Counted from the stretch's first letter, positions 40,301 through 48,847 are shown. The stretch: 64,000 nt of DNA from an uncultured Gemmatimonadaceae bacterium (GCA_964348295.1 CAYGBV010000002.1:4775-68774), one strand, 5' to 3'. Numbers and translations are program-made. Notes: a model not told the origin generated them from the letters alone.

Positions 40301-40531
40301 CGGCAGGATGTGGGGGTGAGTCAGCTTCGCCGCGATCCGGATCTCGCGCAGGAACCGGTCGCTGCCCAGCGTGGCGGCCAGCTCCGGCCGCAGCACCTTG
40401 ATGGCTACCTTGCGATCGTGCCGGGCGTCGTACGCCAGGTAAACCGTGGCCATGCCGCCGCTGCCCAGCTCGCGCTCCACTTCATAGCGGCCGGCCAGGG
40501 CGGACGTTACGCGATCGAGCTGGTGGGACAC
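37355..40531 (-). CDS. Ser/Thr protein kinase with TM segments, periplasmic-type sensor region and C-terminal TPR repeats
   Basis: Motifs GSGGMATVYLAYD, VAIK, HRDIKPDNVL, DFGVAK and APEQ. Two TM segments, then a long Ala/Leu/Tyr-rich TPR-like region. Start set at GTG 40531 (SHQLDRVTSALAGRYEVEREL) with GGAG upstream. The 195 further codons in the ORF track are R/G/P-rich and overlap the next gene. Confidence 0.8.
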   Translation of the reverse strand: MSHQLDRVTSALAGRYEVERELGSGGMATVYLAYDARHDRKVAIKVLRPELAATLGSDRFLREIRIAAKLTHPHILPVYDSGDAEGFLYFVMPYIEGESLRQKLAREGELPVGEAVRLVRDVVDALASAHKQGIVHRDIKPDNVLLSEDHALVADFGVAKAVSAAAAGHEFTSAGMAVGTPAYMAPEQAAADPNVDHRADIYAAGAMAYEMLTGRPPFEGTTSQMVLAAHVTETPTPVTHYRPAVPLPVAAVVMKCLEKKAADRWQSAAELRAQLDAVSTPSGPVTPTGIGVEPTVSAEVMFRRSHPARVMGLFAGASVVLLTLVYLLMVQLGLPDWVFPGAVVLLAAALPMVMLTGRAERQRAAWRAGLTSRTPADGGIQGFLTWRNALAGGGVAFTALAAAVGGYMTMRLLGIGPVGTLVATGVLERQERIVLAEFENRTTDSTLGQTVTELFRIDLTQSPAVTVLDRAQVDQVLERMQRDPDVPLTTDLAAEVAEREGLKAVVAGDILQVGNGYVVSSRLTAASTGEVLWAARESASDAGEIIQAVDDLSASLRARVGESLRTIRTDAPLDRVTTRSTEALRKYAQADRANNQGDYQRAIGLLEDALVQDSTFAMAHRKLAVILSNRELDRDRAREAFTRAYELRERLTERERYLAEAAYYTYVQDDQQASIEAYRSLLERYPTDQIALNNLAVNLGSLGREEEAAELYLRSIELGGAPAVTFTNAIEVLYNLDHADTAAAILERFEAEYPAHPEVLRYRAALASSQFDYDAAEESMTALRVAQRGDPVSDVATGMELAGYAVARGKVGQGRRLIAEAYERQADAGLDAIGRPWEVFSAEVDAVVSLRYYGDADGAAAALDRGMRSTAFDTLQPEQRPYLDFATLYAEAGRVAQARRLVSQYESLVDEQTRQQAGERADWHGARGAIALAEGRPEEAVAEYLVVREVLPKCVLCGLVELALAHDAAGMVDSAAAFYEQYLATPVLFRAGQDNVNVWLVFRRLGELYERAGDSDRALLHYGRFVELWRDADPELQPQVRQVQERMARLVGEPRATD

Positions 40532-40641
40532 GCGGGACCACTCCGATGGATCGTTGGGTCCACGTACGATAGACCGTCTACTAAACGGCCGCCAGGTGGG
40601 AATTCTTACACTAAGTGCCGGGCTGAGTGCCCGGAGGCGGC

Positions 40642-41406
40642 TCAAGACCCCCGCTCGAGCCTCCGCAGGGAGAACACCTGCCCGGGGATTTCGATGTCGA
40701 ACTCGAGCTCGAGAAACCGCAGGCTGGTGCGGGTGTCGGCCTGGAGCGCGTTGTCCAGGTCCATCTGGAACGGATACCAGCGCCCCGCGATCTGCCGCAC
40801 GTCGCTCAGCACGGCCGTCTTGAGGAGCTTCCCGCTGCGGGCGAACCGCTCCTCCTTGAGCGGCACCCAGCGCTCCGCGTCCACCCAGATGCGGCGCTGC
40901 GGGTAGGCCAGGCCGCGGCCCTTGCCGGTGAGGAACAGGACGTAGGTGGGACGCCCGTCGAACGACTCTTCCCGCTCGATTACGGCATCGTAGTCGCTCA
41001 CCATGCTGGGGTTCTCGCTGGCGTCGCCGTACGAGAAGTCGCTTCCCATGAGCCCCTGCTCCAGCATGCGGCCCTGGATGCGCACGCTGCGCGCCGCGCG
41101 CGGCAGGTAGATCCACATCTTGTCTTCGACCCGCAGGAAGCGGCTGCCCGCATCGCGCGCCGGCGAGGTGAACTCCAGGAACGAGCGCTCCTCACCCTCG
41201 GCCCACGACTCAAACTCCAGATCGCGCACGTCCCCTTCGCGATACGTGATGCTCATGATGGCGCGGCTGTACACCGTGCGGATGGTCATGTTGTCGTCCA
41301 CCCGCTCGAGGATCTGCTCCGCGGTCACCTGCGCCCGGGCGGGCCCCGCGGCGAGGACCACGAGCGCCGCGGCTAGCGCCACGGAGCGGCAGCTTCGCAG
41401 GGTCAT
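40642..41406 (-). CDS. Outer-membrane lipoprotein-sorting (LolA-like) protein
   Basis: ATG 41406 (ATGA overlap with the upstream permease stop). Signal peptide MTLRSCRSVALAAALVVLAAGPARAQ. The LMGSDFSYGD block is typical of LolA-like proteins encoded beside FtsX-type permeases. Confidence 0.75.
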   Translation of the reverse strand: MTLRSCRSVALAAALVVLAAGPARAQVTAEQILERVDDNMTIRTVYSRAIMSITYREGDVRDLEFESWAEGEERSFLEFTSPARDAGSRFLRVEDKMWIYLPRAARSVRIQGRMLEQGLMGSDFSYGDASENPSMVSDYDAVIEREESFDGRPTYVLFLTGKGRGLAYPQRRIWVDAERWVPLKEERFARSGKLLKTAVLSDVRQIAGRWYPFQMDLDNALQADTRTSLRFLELEFDIEIPGQVFSLRRLERGS

Positions 41407-42653
41407 GTCCGCAACGCCTCCGCCGGCGTCAGGCGCACGGCGCGCCACGCCGGGTACAGCGCCGCGATCACCGCCGTGACGGCGCCCAACACCGCCGCCG
41501 CAATCACGAACCGCGGCTGCCAGTCGGGATACATGACGCCCTGGAACGGGAAATCGATGGCCTCCGCGGCTGCCCGTATGTCGATACCCGTACGCTCCAG
41601 CCACAGAGCAAACCCAGTGCCCAACGCCCCACCCGCGACCGCGCCCATGATGCCGATCACGAACCCCTCCGCCAGCACCAGCACCACGATGTCGCTGCGC
41701 CGCATGCCCAGCGCCGCCTGCATCCCGAACTCCTGCGTCCGCTCCATCACGCTCATCAGCATCGTGTTGACGATGATGAGGGCCGCCATGAGCAGCATGA
41801 TGAAGAGAATGACACCGAATGCGGCCTCGGCTACCTGCATCATGCTCGCCAACATCCCCTGTTGCCTCCACGAGCGGGCCTCCACCCCACCGGGAACCAG
41901 CGGGTCGAGCTCCTCTTCGAGGACCTGGGCGAGCGCTGGTGCCGCCTCGGGGTCATCCATGAACACGAGTATCTCCGTGGCGCCGCCCAGCAGGTCGACC
42001 AGCTCCTGCGCCTGATCCAGCGGCGCGATCAGGATCGTGTTGTCGAACTGTGCCATGCCGGAGACAGCGAGCCCCGTCACCACTACGCTCAGTCCGCCCA
42101 GCGACCGGTACGCGGTCTGTCCCAACAGCACGACCGTGTCGCCCACATGCAGCTGCAGCTTCTCGGCGAATCGCCTCCCCACCAGGATCTCGCCCGAACC
42201 GGGCTCGGGCAGCCGCCCCGCGGCGACCATCGCCGCCGGGTCCAGATACCCCTCCTCCCGCTCGAGATCCAGACCCAACAGCAGGCCCCCGCGGTTCGAT
42301 CCGGCACCATCCACCAGCACGGGGGCCTTGATCCTGGGAAGCACCTCCTCGACTCCGGCGTGCGTGCGCGCCGCAGCCACCAGCTCGTCCACGCGTGGCA
42401 GATTGAGGTACACGGGCATGAAGCGTTCGCGCGCCGTGTAGCCGTCGCGGCGGATCTGCACGTGTCCTGACTCGGTGCGCGCGTACGTATCGAGGAAATC
42501 GCCCATGATGCCGGTGACGTGGGCGGGCCCGTAGGTCAGCGCCGCCACTGCGACCATCACGGCCGTCGCTGTGAGCAGGGTGCGGCGTACCTGGCGCCGC
42601 GTGTTGCGCCATGCCAGGCGCAGCAGCGGAATGCGCCGTCTCGGCCTAGGCAT
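41403..42653 (-). CDS. ABC transporter permease, FtsX/MacB/LolC-E type
   Basis: LRLAWRNTRRQVRRTLLT N-terminus, a large periplasmic loop, and a C-terminal FtsX 3-TM bundle ending ...YPAWRAVRLTPAEALR. Confidence 0.85.
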   Translation of the reverse strand: MPRPRRRIPLLRLAWRNTRRQVRRTLLTATAVMVAVAALTYGPAHVTGIMGDFLDTYARTESGHVQIRRDGYTARERFMPVYLNLPRVDELVAAARTHAGVEEVLPRIKAPVLVDGAGSNRGGLLLGLDLEREEGYLDPAAMVAAGRLPEPGSGEILVGRRFAEKLQLHVGDTVVLLGQTAYRSLGGLSVVVTGLAVSGMAQFDNTILIAPLDQAQELVDLLGGATEILVFMDDPEAAPALAQVLEEELDPLVPGGVEARSWRQQGMLASMMQVAEAAFGVILFIMLLMAALIIVNTMLMSVMERTQEFGMQAALGMRRSDIVVLVLAEGFVIGIMGAVAGGALGTGFALWLERTGIDIRAAAEAIDFPFQGVMYPDWQPRFVIAAAVLGAVTAVIAALYPAWRAVRLTPAEALRT

Positions 42654-43917
42654 GGCGCAACGCCTCGACCGGTGGCTTGCAACTCGCTCGCGCAGCGGGA
42701 TAGAGCGACGCTGCCGCCGCCGCTACCCCCGTCGCCAGCCACACGGCGACCAACACGCCGAGCTCAAGCGCCGCGTACATCCGGTCCTTCACCGGATAGC
42801 CGATGTCCATCTCACCGTACAAGGCGGTGATGTTGATCCCCACCGACGCCAGGTAGGCGATGAGCCCGAGCGCCACCAGCGAGCCGACCGCGCCGCCCAA
42901 CAGGCCCGCGAGTGCGCCCTCGGTGAGGAACAGCTTGCGCACGCCCCCGGCGCGCAAACCCATGGCCATCAGCATGCCCACCTCGCGGGTGCGCTCGAAC
43001 GCCGCCATGAGGACCGTGTTGGTGACGCCCACCAGCGCCAGCACCACGAAGATGCTGAGCATGACGACGCTCCCCAGGCGCTTCATGGCGGCGAACGCGA
43101 GAAAGTCGGCCTCCGCCTCGCGCCAGCCCTTCACCTCGTAGCCGAGGTGCTCGACCCTCTCGACGAGGGCGCGGAGCGTGGCCATCTCACGTGCCCCCAG
43201 CGAGAAGCGCACGGCCACCTCCGTCGCCTCCTCCTGCAGGTCCAGCATGTAGCGGGCCGTTTCGAGAGACACGAGGAACGTGTTGCGGTCGATGACTGGG
43301 TTACCGGTTCCCACGATCCCCACGATGGGCAGGTCGAGCGCCTCGTACGCGCCGTCGCGCGTCTTGGTGAGCACCGTGAGCCAGTCGCCGACCTCTACGT
43401 CGAACAACTCCGCCAGCCCGGAGCCCAGCAGCATCCCTTCCTCGCCCGGCTGCAGGAACCCCCCGGCCACGATGGCCCGTGGGATGCGGAACACCTCGGT
43501 GTCGCTGCCAGTGAGCTGGATGCCGGTGCCAAAGCACGCCACCTGGTCCACGCCGTCGGACAGACTCGCCTGGAATACGAGCCGCGGCGTGGTGGCCGCC
43601 ACACCCGATACCTGCCGCACCGTGGCCTGCAGCTGATCCAGGTCCGTCAGGGTGTAGTCGAGTGGCAGCTCCTCGCGGTTCTCGAAGTAGCCCACGGCGT
43701 AGAGCTTCGCGTGCGCCGTCTGGTAGTTGATCAGGTTGTCGTACGACTGCCGCTCGACACCGATCATCACGGCAATGCTCAGCTGGAGCAGCAGGACTGC
43801 CAGCGAGACGGTGACCGCCGTGATCCAGGTGCGCCGCCGGTTGCGCCGCAGGTTGCGCCACGCCAGGCGCAGCGTCGCAATCCACCCGATCCGGCCGGGC
43901 AGGGTCTCAGGTGTCAT
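42646..43917 (-). CDS. ABC transporter permease, FtsX/MacB/LolC-E type (second copy)
   Basis: LRLAWRNLRRNRRRTWIT ... YPAARASCKPPVEALR. ATG 43917 overlaps the ATPase stop. Its stop overlaps the next start by 8 nt. Confidence 0.85.
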   Translation of the reverse strand: MTPETLPGRIGWIATLRLAWRNLRRNRRRTWITAVTVSLAVLLLQLSIAVMIGVERQSYDNLINYQTAHAKLYAVGYFENREELPLDYTLTDLDQLQATVRQVSGVAATTPRLVFQASLSDGVDQVACFGTGIQLTGSDTEVFRIPRAIVAGGFLQPGEEGMLLGSGLAELFDVEVGDWLTVLTKTRDGAYEALDLPIVGIVGTGNPVIDRNTFLVSLETARYMLDLQEEATEVAVRFSLGAREMATLRALVERVEHLGYEVKGWREAEADFLAFAAMKRLGSVVMLSIFVVLALVGVTNTVLMAAFERTREVGMLMAMGLRAGGVRKLFLTEGALAGLLGGAVGSLVALGLIAYLASVGINITALYGEMDIGYPVKDRMYAALELGVLVAVWLATGVAAAAASLYPAARASCKPPVEALRHA

Positions 43918-44617
43918 GACGCACCCCGCCCTGAAGCTCGTCCGAGGCCACCTCACCGTCCTGCAGCCGCACCAGCCGCGTGGCGTGGCGCATCACCAGC
44001 GGGTCGTGCGTCGAGAACACGAACGTCGTGCCGCGCCGCTCGTTCATCTGCTGCATCAGCCGCATGACCTCCAGCGCCGTCCCGCTGTCGATGTTCGCCG
44101 TGGGCTCATCGGCCAGCACCAGCGTGGGGTTCTTCACCAGCGCCCGGGCGATAGCCACACGCTGCTGCTGCCCACCGCTTAGCTCCGAGGGCCGCCGCTC
44201 GGCGAGCCCATCCAGGCCCACCTCGCTCAGCAACTCGTCCACCCGCCGGCGGCGCTCGCCCCGGTCCGCCACGCCCTGGAGCTGGAGTGGAAACTCCACG
44301 TTCTCCCGCGCCGTGAGCACCGGGATGAGGTTGAAGGTCTGGAACACGAAGCCCAGGTGCGTGTTGCGGAAATCCGCGAGGGTCCTGGCAGAGAGCCCTT
44401 CGGTCGTGCGCTCGCCGATCCGCACGGTGCCGGCGCTCGGGGTGTCGAGAGCGCCCAGCAGATTGAGCAGGGTTGTCTTACCTGAACCCGAGGGCCCGGC
44501 AATCGAGAGAAAGGCGCCGCTCTCGATCACGAGACTCACGCCGCGCACGGCGTGCACCTCGACGTCGCCGGTACGGTAGATCTTTTTCACGTTATCGAGA
44601 CGCGCTGCGACCGTCAT
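43907..44617 (-). CDS. ABC transporter ATP-binding protein (LolD/MacB-like)
   Basis: Walker A GPSGSGKTT, signature LSGGQQQRVAIARAL, Walker B LVLADEPT. ATG 44617 with GGAGGGAG upstream and an ATGA overlap with the regulator stop. Confidence 0.9.
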   Translation of the reverse strand: MTVAARLDNVKKIYRTGDVEVHAVRGVSLVIESGAFLSIAGPSGSGKTTLLNLLGALDTPSAGTVRIGERTTEGLSARTLADFRNTHLGFVFQTFNLIPVLTARENVEFPLQLQGVADRGERRRRVDELLSEVGLDGLAERRPSELSGGQQQRVAIARALVKNPTLVLADEPTANIDSGTALEVMRLMQQMNERRGTTFVFSTHDPLVMRHATRLVRLQDGEVASDELQGGVRHDT

Positions 44618-45102
44618 CGTTTGGCTCCCTCCGTGGGGCGGGCGTCGCGCCGCCGTTTCTCCCGCTGCCACTGGGCCAGCACCGCAGCCATCTCCATCCC
44701 CGTCCACTGGTAGAAATCGCGCATCTCCGTGAGGCGCGCGCGGACCCGCGGGTTTCCGCTTCCCACGGCCGCCAGGCCCTCGTCGGCCAGGTCGATCATC
44801 TGCTGCAGCACCTGCATGCGCACGGCCAGCATGCGCTCGAACGACCCCGGCACCATCTCATAGTAATCCCGCCGGTCGCCGGGGATGCTGATGCGGCGCA
44901 CCATCTGAAGCTGCTCGCAGAGTCGGGCGTTGGTGCTGATCGAGGCCTTGCTTACGCTCAGCTGCTCGGCCATCTCGTCGAGCGAGAGTGGGCGCTCGGC
45001 CACCAACAGCAGGCCAAACAGGCGCCCGAAGGTGCGGGAGGCCCCGAGGCGTTCGATGGCCAAGCCCATCCGCTCGATCCAGTCCCTGGTTTCCTGGTTC
45101 AT
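44614..45102 (-). CDS. GbsR/MarR-family transcriptional regulator
   Basis: ATG 45102. GRLFGLLLVAERPLSLDEMAEQLSVSKASISTNARLCEQLQMVRRISIPGDRRDYYE matches the GbsR-type winged helix. Confidence 0.75.
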   Translation of the reverse strand: MNQETRDWIERMGLAIERLGASRTFGRLFGLLLVAERPLSLDEMAEQLSVSKASISTNARLCEQLQMVRRISIPGDRRDYYEMVPGSFERMLAVRMQVLQQMIDLADEGLAAVGSGNPRVRARLTEMRDFYQWTGMEMAAVLAQWQREKRRRDARPTEGAKR

Positions 45103-45127
45103 CAGTTCCTCAGTGGCGCTACTCTTA

Positions 45128-45142
45128 TACGTTAAATACGTA
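45128..45142. promoter_or_regulatory. Inverted repeat TACGT-N5-ACGTA in AT-rich region upstream of the GbsR-like gene
   Basis: The only AT-rich stretch for kilobases (45110-45170), 26 nt upstream of the regulator start. Candidate autoregulatory operator. Confidence 0.25.
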
Positions 45143-45314
45143 CTGAATGTTTCATACGCAAGAGAAGTATTTCGGTCGGCTTTGGAGGCCCCGCCGGCGT
45201 AGCCCGCTAGAGCTGCCCAGCGCGGGCACCTGGATCGGAGCCCTGACAAATTGCCCCGCAACCACTTACGCGGCTGCGGGGCCGTCCTTGCCGGCCTCGA
45301 GGCGACCGCTCACC

Positions 45315-46838
45315 TCACTCCTCCAGCGAGCCCACCACCGCCTCCACCGCCTCCAAGATCTCACACGACTCCACCACCTCGGCCATGCGCGTGTGGTCGG
45401 GGAACAGCGGCCGATCCTCGCCCAGATGCTCCACGTGCCGCCGCACCACCTCGTGGGCGGCGGCCACGCCCCGCCCAACCCTGTGCCCCCGCAGGTCCAG
45501 GGCCTGCGCCGCCGCGATGAGCTCGATCCCCAAGACACCGTAGGCGTTCTCGAGGATCTGGCCGTTCTTGATCGCCGTGTTCATGCCCATGCTCACGAAG
45601 TCTTCCTGGTCGGCGGCCGCCGGTATCGACTGGTTGGCCGCGGGAGAGGAGAGCATGCGCTGCTCTACTATGAGCGTCCCGGCCGTGTACTGGCTCAGCA
45701 TGAGACCGCTGTGGAATCCGGGTCGCTCCGTGAGGAAGGGCGGCAGGCCCGCGGAGAGCGCCGGGTTGAGGAGCCGGTTGAGTCGCCGCTCGGAGAGCAC
45801 CGAGACCATCGTGACGGCAGTGCCCACCATCTCCATGGGAAGGGACACGGGCGTCCCCTGGAAGTTGGCACCGGTGAGCACGAGCTCCTCGTCGGCGAAG
45901 AAGATGGGGTTGTCGCCCACACCGTTGAGCTCGATCTCCACCTGACTGCGGGCGTAGGCCACGGCATCGTGGGCCGCACCGATCACCTGGGGCGTGCTGC
46001 GCATCGAGTAGGCATCCTGCACCCGCTTACGGCCGGCCTGCAGCATGTCACTCCCTGCGACGCACTTCATGATGGCCTTCGCACTGCGCAGTGCGCCGGG
46101 GAAGCCGCGCGACTCGTGCAGCCGTGGATGGTACGGCGTCATGTTGGCGTTCAGGGCCTCGAGTGTCATGGCCGCCGCGATCTCCGCCTGCTTGAGCCAG
46201 CGGTTGGCGTCATACAGGTGCAGGGCGTTCATGCCGGTCATCACGTTGGAACCGTTGATGATGCCCAGGCCATCGCGGGCGTGGAGCACCACCGGCTGGA
46301 GCCCCGCGCGCGCGAGAGCCTCGCCGCCGGGAAGCAGCTCCCCGTCGTACCAGGCTTTTCCCTCCCCCATGGCCGCCAGGGCGATCTGGGACATGGGGGC
46401 CAGGTCCCCGCACGCCCCGACCGATCCCTTCTGGCACACGTACGGCGTCACGCCGCGGTTGAGCATCTCCACCAGCAGCCGTACGACCTCGAGCCGGAGT
46501 CCGGAACGCCCCTTGGCATGCACGTTGATACGGGAGAGGATGGCGGCCCTTACGTGCTCCTCGGGAGCCGGCTCGCCGATGCCCGCCGCGTGGTTGTAGA
46601 TGAGGTACCGCTGGAACTCCCTTACTTCCTCTTCGCTCAGTACCGTCTCGGAGAACTCACCGATGCCGGTGTTGATGCCGTACATCGTCTCCCGCGCGGC
46701 GAGCTTGCGCTCCAGCATGGCGCGGCAATCCCGGATGCGTTGCTCGGCGTCCGACGCCAACCCGACCTGCGCTCCGCCCCGCGCCACCTCGACGACCCGC
46801 TCGATCGTCAGCCCCGCCCCGTTCAGAATCAGCGCCAT
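45315..46838 (-). CDS. MIO-family aromatic-amino-acid/histidine ammonia-lyase (or aminomutase) homolog with Ala-Cys-Gly triad
   Basis: 507 aa. YGINTGIGEF, GSVGACGDLAPMS, INGSN, VQDAYSMRSTPQV and DQEDFVSMG follow the HAL/PAL family pattern. GAGG lies 6 nt before the ATG, which is 24 nt after the nadC stop. Confidence 0.8.
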   Translation of the reverse strand: MALILNGAGLTIERVVEVARGGAQVGLASDAEQRIRDCRAMLERKLAARETMYGINTGIGEFSETVLSEEEVREFQRYLIYNHAAGIGEPAPEEHVRAAILSRINVHAKGRSGLRLEVVRLLVEMLNRGVTPYVCQKGSVGACGDLAPMSQIALAAMGEGKAWYDGELLPGGEALARAGLQPVVLHARDGLGIINGSNVMTGMNALHLYDANRWLKQAEIAAAMTLEALNANMTPYHPRLHESRGFPGALRSAKAIMKCVAGSDMLQAGRKRVQDAYSMRSTPQVIGAAHDAVAYARSQVEIELNGVGDNPIFFADEELVLTGANFQGTPVSLPMEMVGTAVTMVSVLSERRLNRLLNPALSAGLPPFLTERPGFHSGLMLSQYTAGTLIVEQRMLSSPAANQSIPAAADQEDFVSMGMNTAIKNGQILENAYGVLGIELIAAAQALDLRGHRVGRGVAAAHEVVRRHVEHLGEDRPLFPDHTRMAEVVESCEILEAVEAVVGSLEE

Positions 46839-46862
46839 GAATGACCTCGGAGTTGACCCCCG

Positions 46863-47738
46863 CTACTCGAGCTCCAACGAGAGACTTGCCGCCCGCACGC
46901 TGTGGGTCAGCGCGCCCACAGAAACATAGTCCGCCCCCCGGTCGGCGTAGGCGCGGGCCATCTCCAAAGTGATGCCGCCCGTCGCCTCGACCTCGATGTC
47001 GGGTGCGAGGCTCCGCGCCAGCGTCGCCAGCTCGCCGAACACCTCGGGCGGCTGATTGTCGATGAGCAGGCGATCGGCACCGGCACGGCAGGCCGCTTCC
47101 ACGTGAGCCGCGGACTCCACCTCGATCTGGACGGCCCTGGCGCCACGCTCGCGCGCATCCCGGCATGCCTCCTCGACAGAGAGCCCGGCCCGACCCAGCG
47201 CCACCCAGTGGTTGTCCTTGATCATTACCACGCGCGCCAGCCCGACGCGGTGCAGCGATCCGCCGCCGGCGAGCACCGCGCGGACGTCGAAGCCACGCAG
47301 CCCAGGGGCCGTCTTGCGGGTATGCAGGACGCGGCACCCAGTGCCGGCGACAGCGTCCACGAAGCTGCGCGTCGCGGTGGCGATGCCGCATGCGCGCTGC
47401 AGCAGGTTCAGCAGCGGCCGCTCGGCTCGGAGGATGGCCCTCAGATCACCACGCACCACGCCGAGACTGCCGCCGGAGCGAACCGCCTCGCCCTCGCCCG
47501 CCTGCCACTCCACCTCACTGCACCCGGCGTGCCGGGCCACCGCCTCGCCATACGCCAGACCGGCGGCGACAACGGGCTCACCAGCCCGCACCACCCCGGC
47601 GCCCATCTGGCCCGCGGCGACTGTCAGGTCTGTCGTGAGGTCGGCTCCGTCCTCGGCGAGGAGGCGCCGGGCGAGCTCGTCTGCTTCGGTCTCGAGATTG
47701 GGTAGTTCTGTGGTATCCGGGTGGCTCGGGTCAGCCAA
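46863..47738 (-). CDS. nadC: Nicotinate-nucleotide diphosphorylase (carboxylating), quinolinate phosphoribosyltransferase
   Basis: ERPLLNLLQRACGIAT, TRKTAPGLR, MIKDNH, IEVE...GADRLLIDN, EATGGI and GALTHS blocks. TTG start overlaps the nadA stop by 8 nt. Confidence 0.85.
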   Translation of the reverse strand: MADPSHPDTTELPNLETEADELARRLLAEDGADLTTDLTVAAGQMGAGVVRAGEPVVAAGLAYGEAVARHAGCSEVEWQAGEGEAVRSGGSLGVVRGDLRAILRAERPLLNLLQRACGIATATRSFVDAVAGTGCRVLHTRKTAPGLRGFDVRAVLAGGGSLHRVGLARVVMIKDNHWVALGRAGLSVEEACRDARERGARAVQIEVESAAHVEAACRAGADRLLIDNQPPEVFGELATLARSLAPDIEVEATGGITLEMARAYADRGADYVSVGALTHSVRAASLSLELE

Positions 47739-48723
47739 TCGCCACCATCCGGTTGAGCGCCGTGCGCGCCCGATCTGCTACGTCCGGGGGCACCGTCACG
47801 ACGTGCTCATCGTGCCGCAGCGCGTTCCACACTGTGGGGAGGGTGATCGTCTTCATGAAGGCGCAGTTGGCCTCCGGGTCGGCCGGCAGGAAGTCCTTGT
47901 CCGGCGCCACCTGCCGCATGCGGTGGAGGATGCCAACCTCGGTCGCCACGATGTAGCGGGGGGCCCCATTCTCCTTGACGCGACGGATCATCCCTTCGGT
48001 CGAAGTGATGTACAACCCCTTAGGATCCACGTCGCCGCGCCCCATGCTGTAGATCAGCTGCCCCGCGCAACCGCACTCGGGGTGTACCAGCACATCCGCA
48101 TCCGGGTGGAGCTTGCGCGCCCGGTTGAGGGTCCGAGCGTTGATTTCGGCGTGCACATGGCACTCGCCCATCCACACCTCGATCTTGCGCTCCGGGCGCA
48201 GCCGCTTGATGTGGGCGCCGAGGAAGAAGTCGGGCAGGAACAGGATGCCGCGATCCTCGGGAAGCGCGTCGATCACCTCGACGGCGTTGCCGCTGGTGCA
48301 GCAGTAATCGAGCTCTGCCTTCACCGCGGCCGTGGTGTTAACGTAGCCGACCGCCAGGTAGTCCGGGAACTCTGCTCTCCAGCGCCGCACGTCTTCAGCC
48401 GTGATGGTGTCGGCCAGCGAGCAGCCCGCCCGCAGGTCCGGCAGCAGGACGCGCTTCTCGGGCGACAGGATCGCCGCAGTCTCCGCCATGAAGTGGACGC
48501 CGCAGAACACGATCACGCTCGCGTCGGTGGCGGCGGCCTGCCGGGAGAGCCCCAGGGAATCACCCACGAAGTCGGCGACGTCCTGCACCTCGGGGCGCTG
48601 GTAGTTGTGTGACAGGATCACGGCCCCGCGCTCAGCCGCGAGCTTCCGGATGTCGCGCTGCAGGGAGCGGATCTCGCCCTGCGACAGGGCCGACTCTTCT
48701 ATGACTGGAAGTGGCAGTGCCAT
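47731..48723 (-). CDS. nadA: Quinolinate synthase
   Basis: SHNYQRPEVQDVADFVGDSL, VFCGVHFMAETA and HPEC blocks. 330 aa. Confidence 0.9.
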   Translation of the reverse strand: MALPLPVIEESALSQGEIRSLQRDIRKLAAERGAVILSHNYQRPEVQDVADFVGDSLGLSRQAAATDASVIVFCGVHFMAETAAILSPEKRVLLPDLRAGCSLADTITAEDVRRWRAEFPDYLAVGYVNTTAAVKAELDYCCTSGNAVEVIDALPEDRGILFLPDFFLGAHIKRLRPERKIEVWMGECHVHAEINARTLNRARKLHPDADVLVHPECGCAGQLIYSMGRGDVDPKGLYITSTEGMIRRVKENGAPRYIVATEVGILHRMRQVAPDKDFLPADPEANCAFMKTITLPTVWNALRHDEHVVTVPPDVADRARTALNRMVAIG

Positions 48724-48847
48724 CGGTGCGGTCGTGGGTCTCTCGGCGAGACCGCCCTTCTCTCAGTAGTTCTGGGTCCTGCGGGAGCCACAATTCCCGC
48801 GCAGCCGAATCTACACAGGCCCGGCGGGAATCGGAACCGGTGAGACG

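Noticed and set aside
38672-40906. 744-aa plus-strand ORF
   Set aside because: Antisense shadow of the TPR Ser/Thr kinase gene. No recognisable domain.
40532-41116. 195-codon N-terminal extension of the TPR kinase in the ORF track
   Set aside because: It is R/G/P-rich and overlaps the well-supported LolA-like gene in another frame. The kinase-type N-terminus begins at GTG 40531.
45147-46844. 565-aa plus-strand ORF
   Set aside because: Antisense to the MIO-family lyase. The ORFs 58211..59839 (+), 42571..44067 (+), 21981..23357 (+), 32559..33944 (+) and 47212..48612 (+) are rejected for the same reason.
48724-48847. Possible NAD+ (nadA-motif) riboswitch upstream of nadA
   Set aside because: Two short hairpins are present (GCGGGA-N8-TCCCGC and GGTCTC-N5-GAGACC). 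I could not see the tandem bulged-stem domains or the conserved nucleotides I remember for the nadA motif. Only an Rfam scan could settle it.
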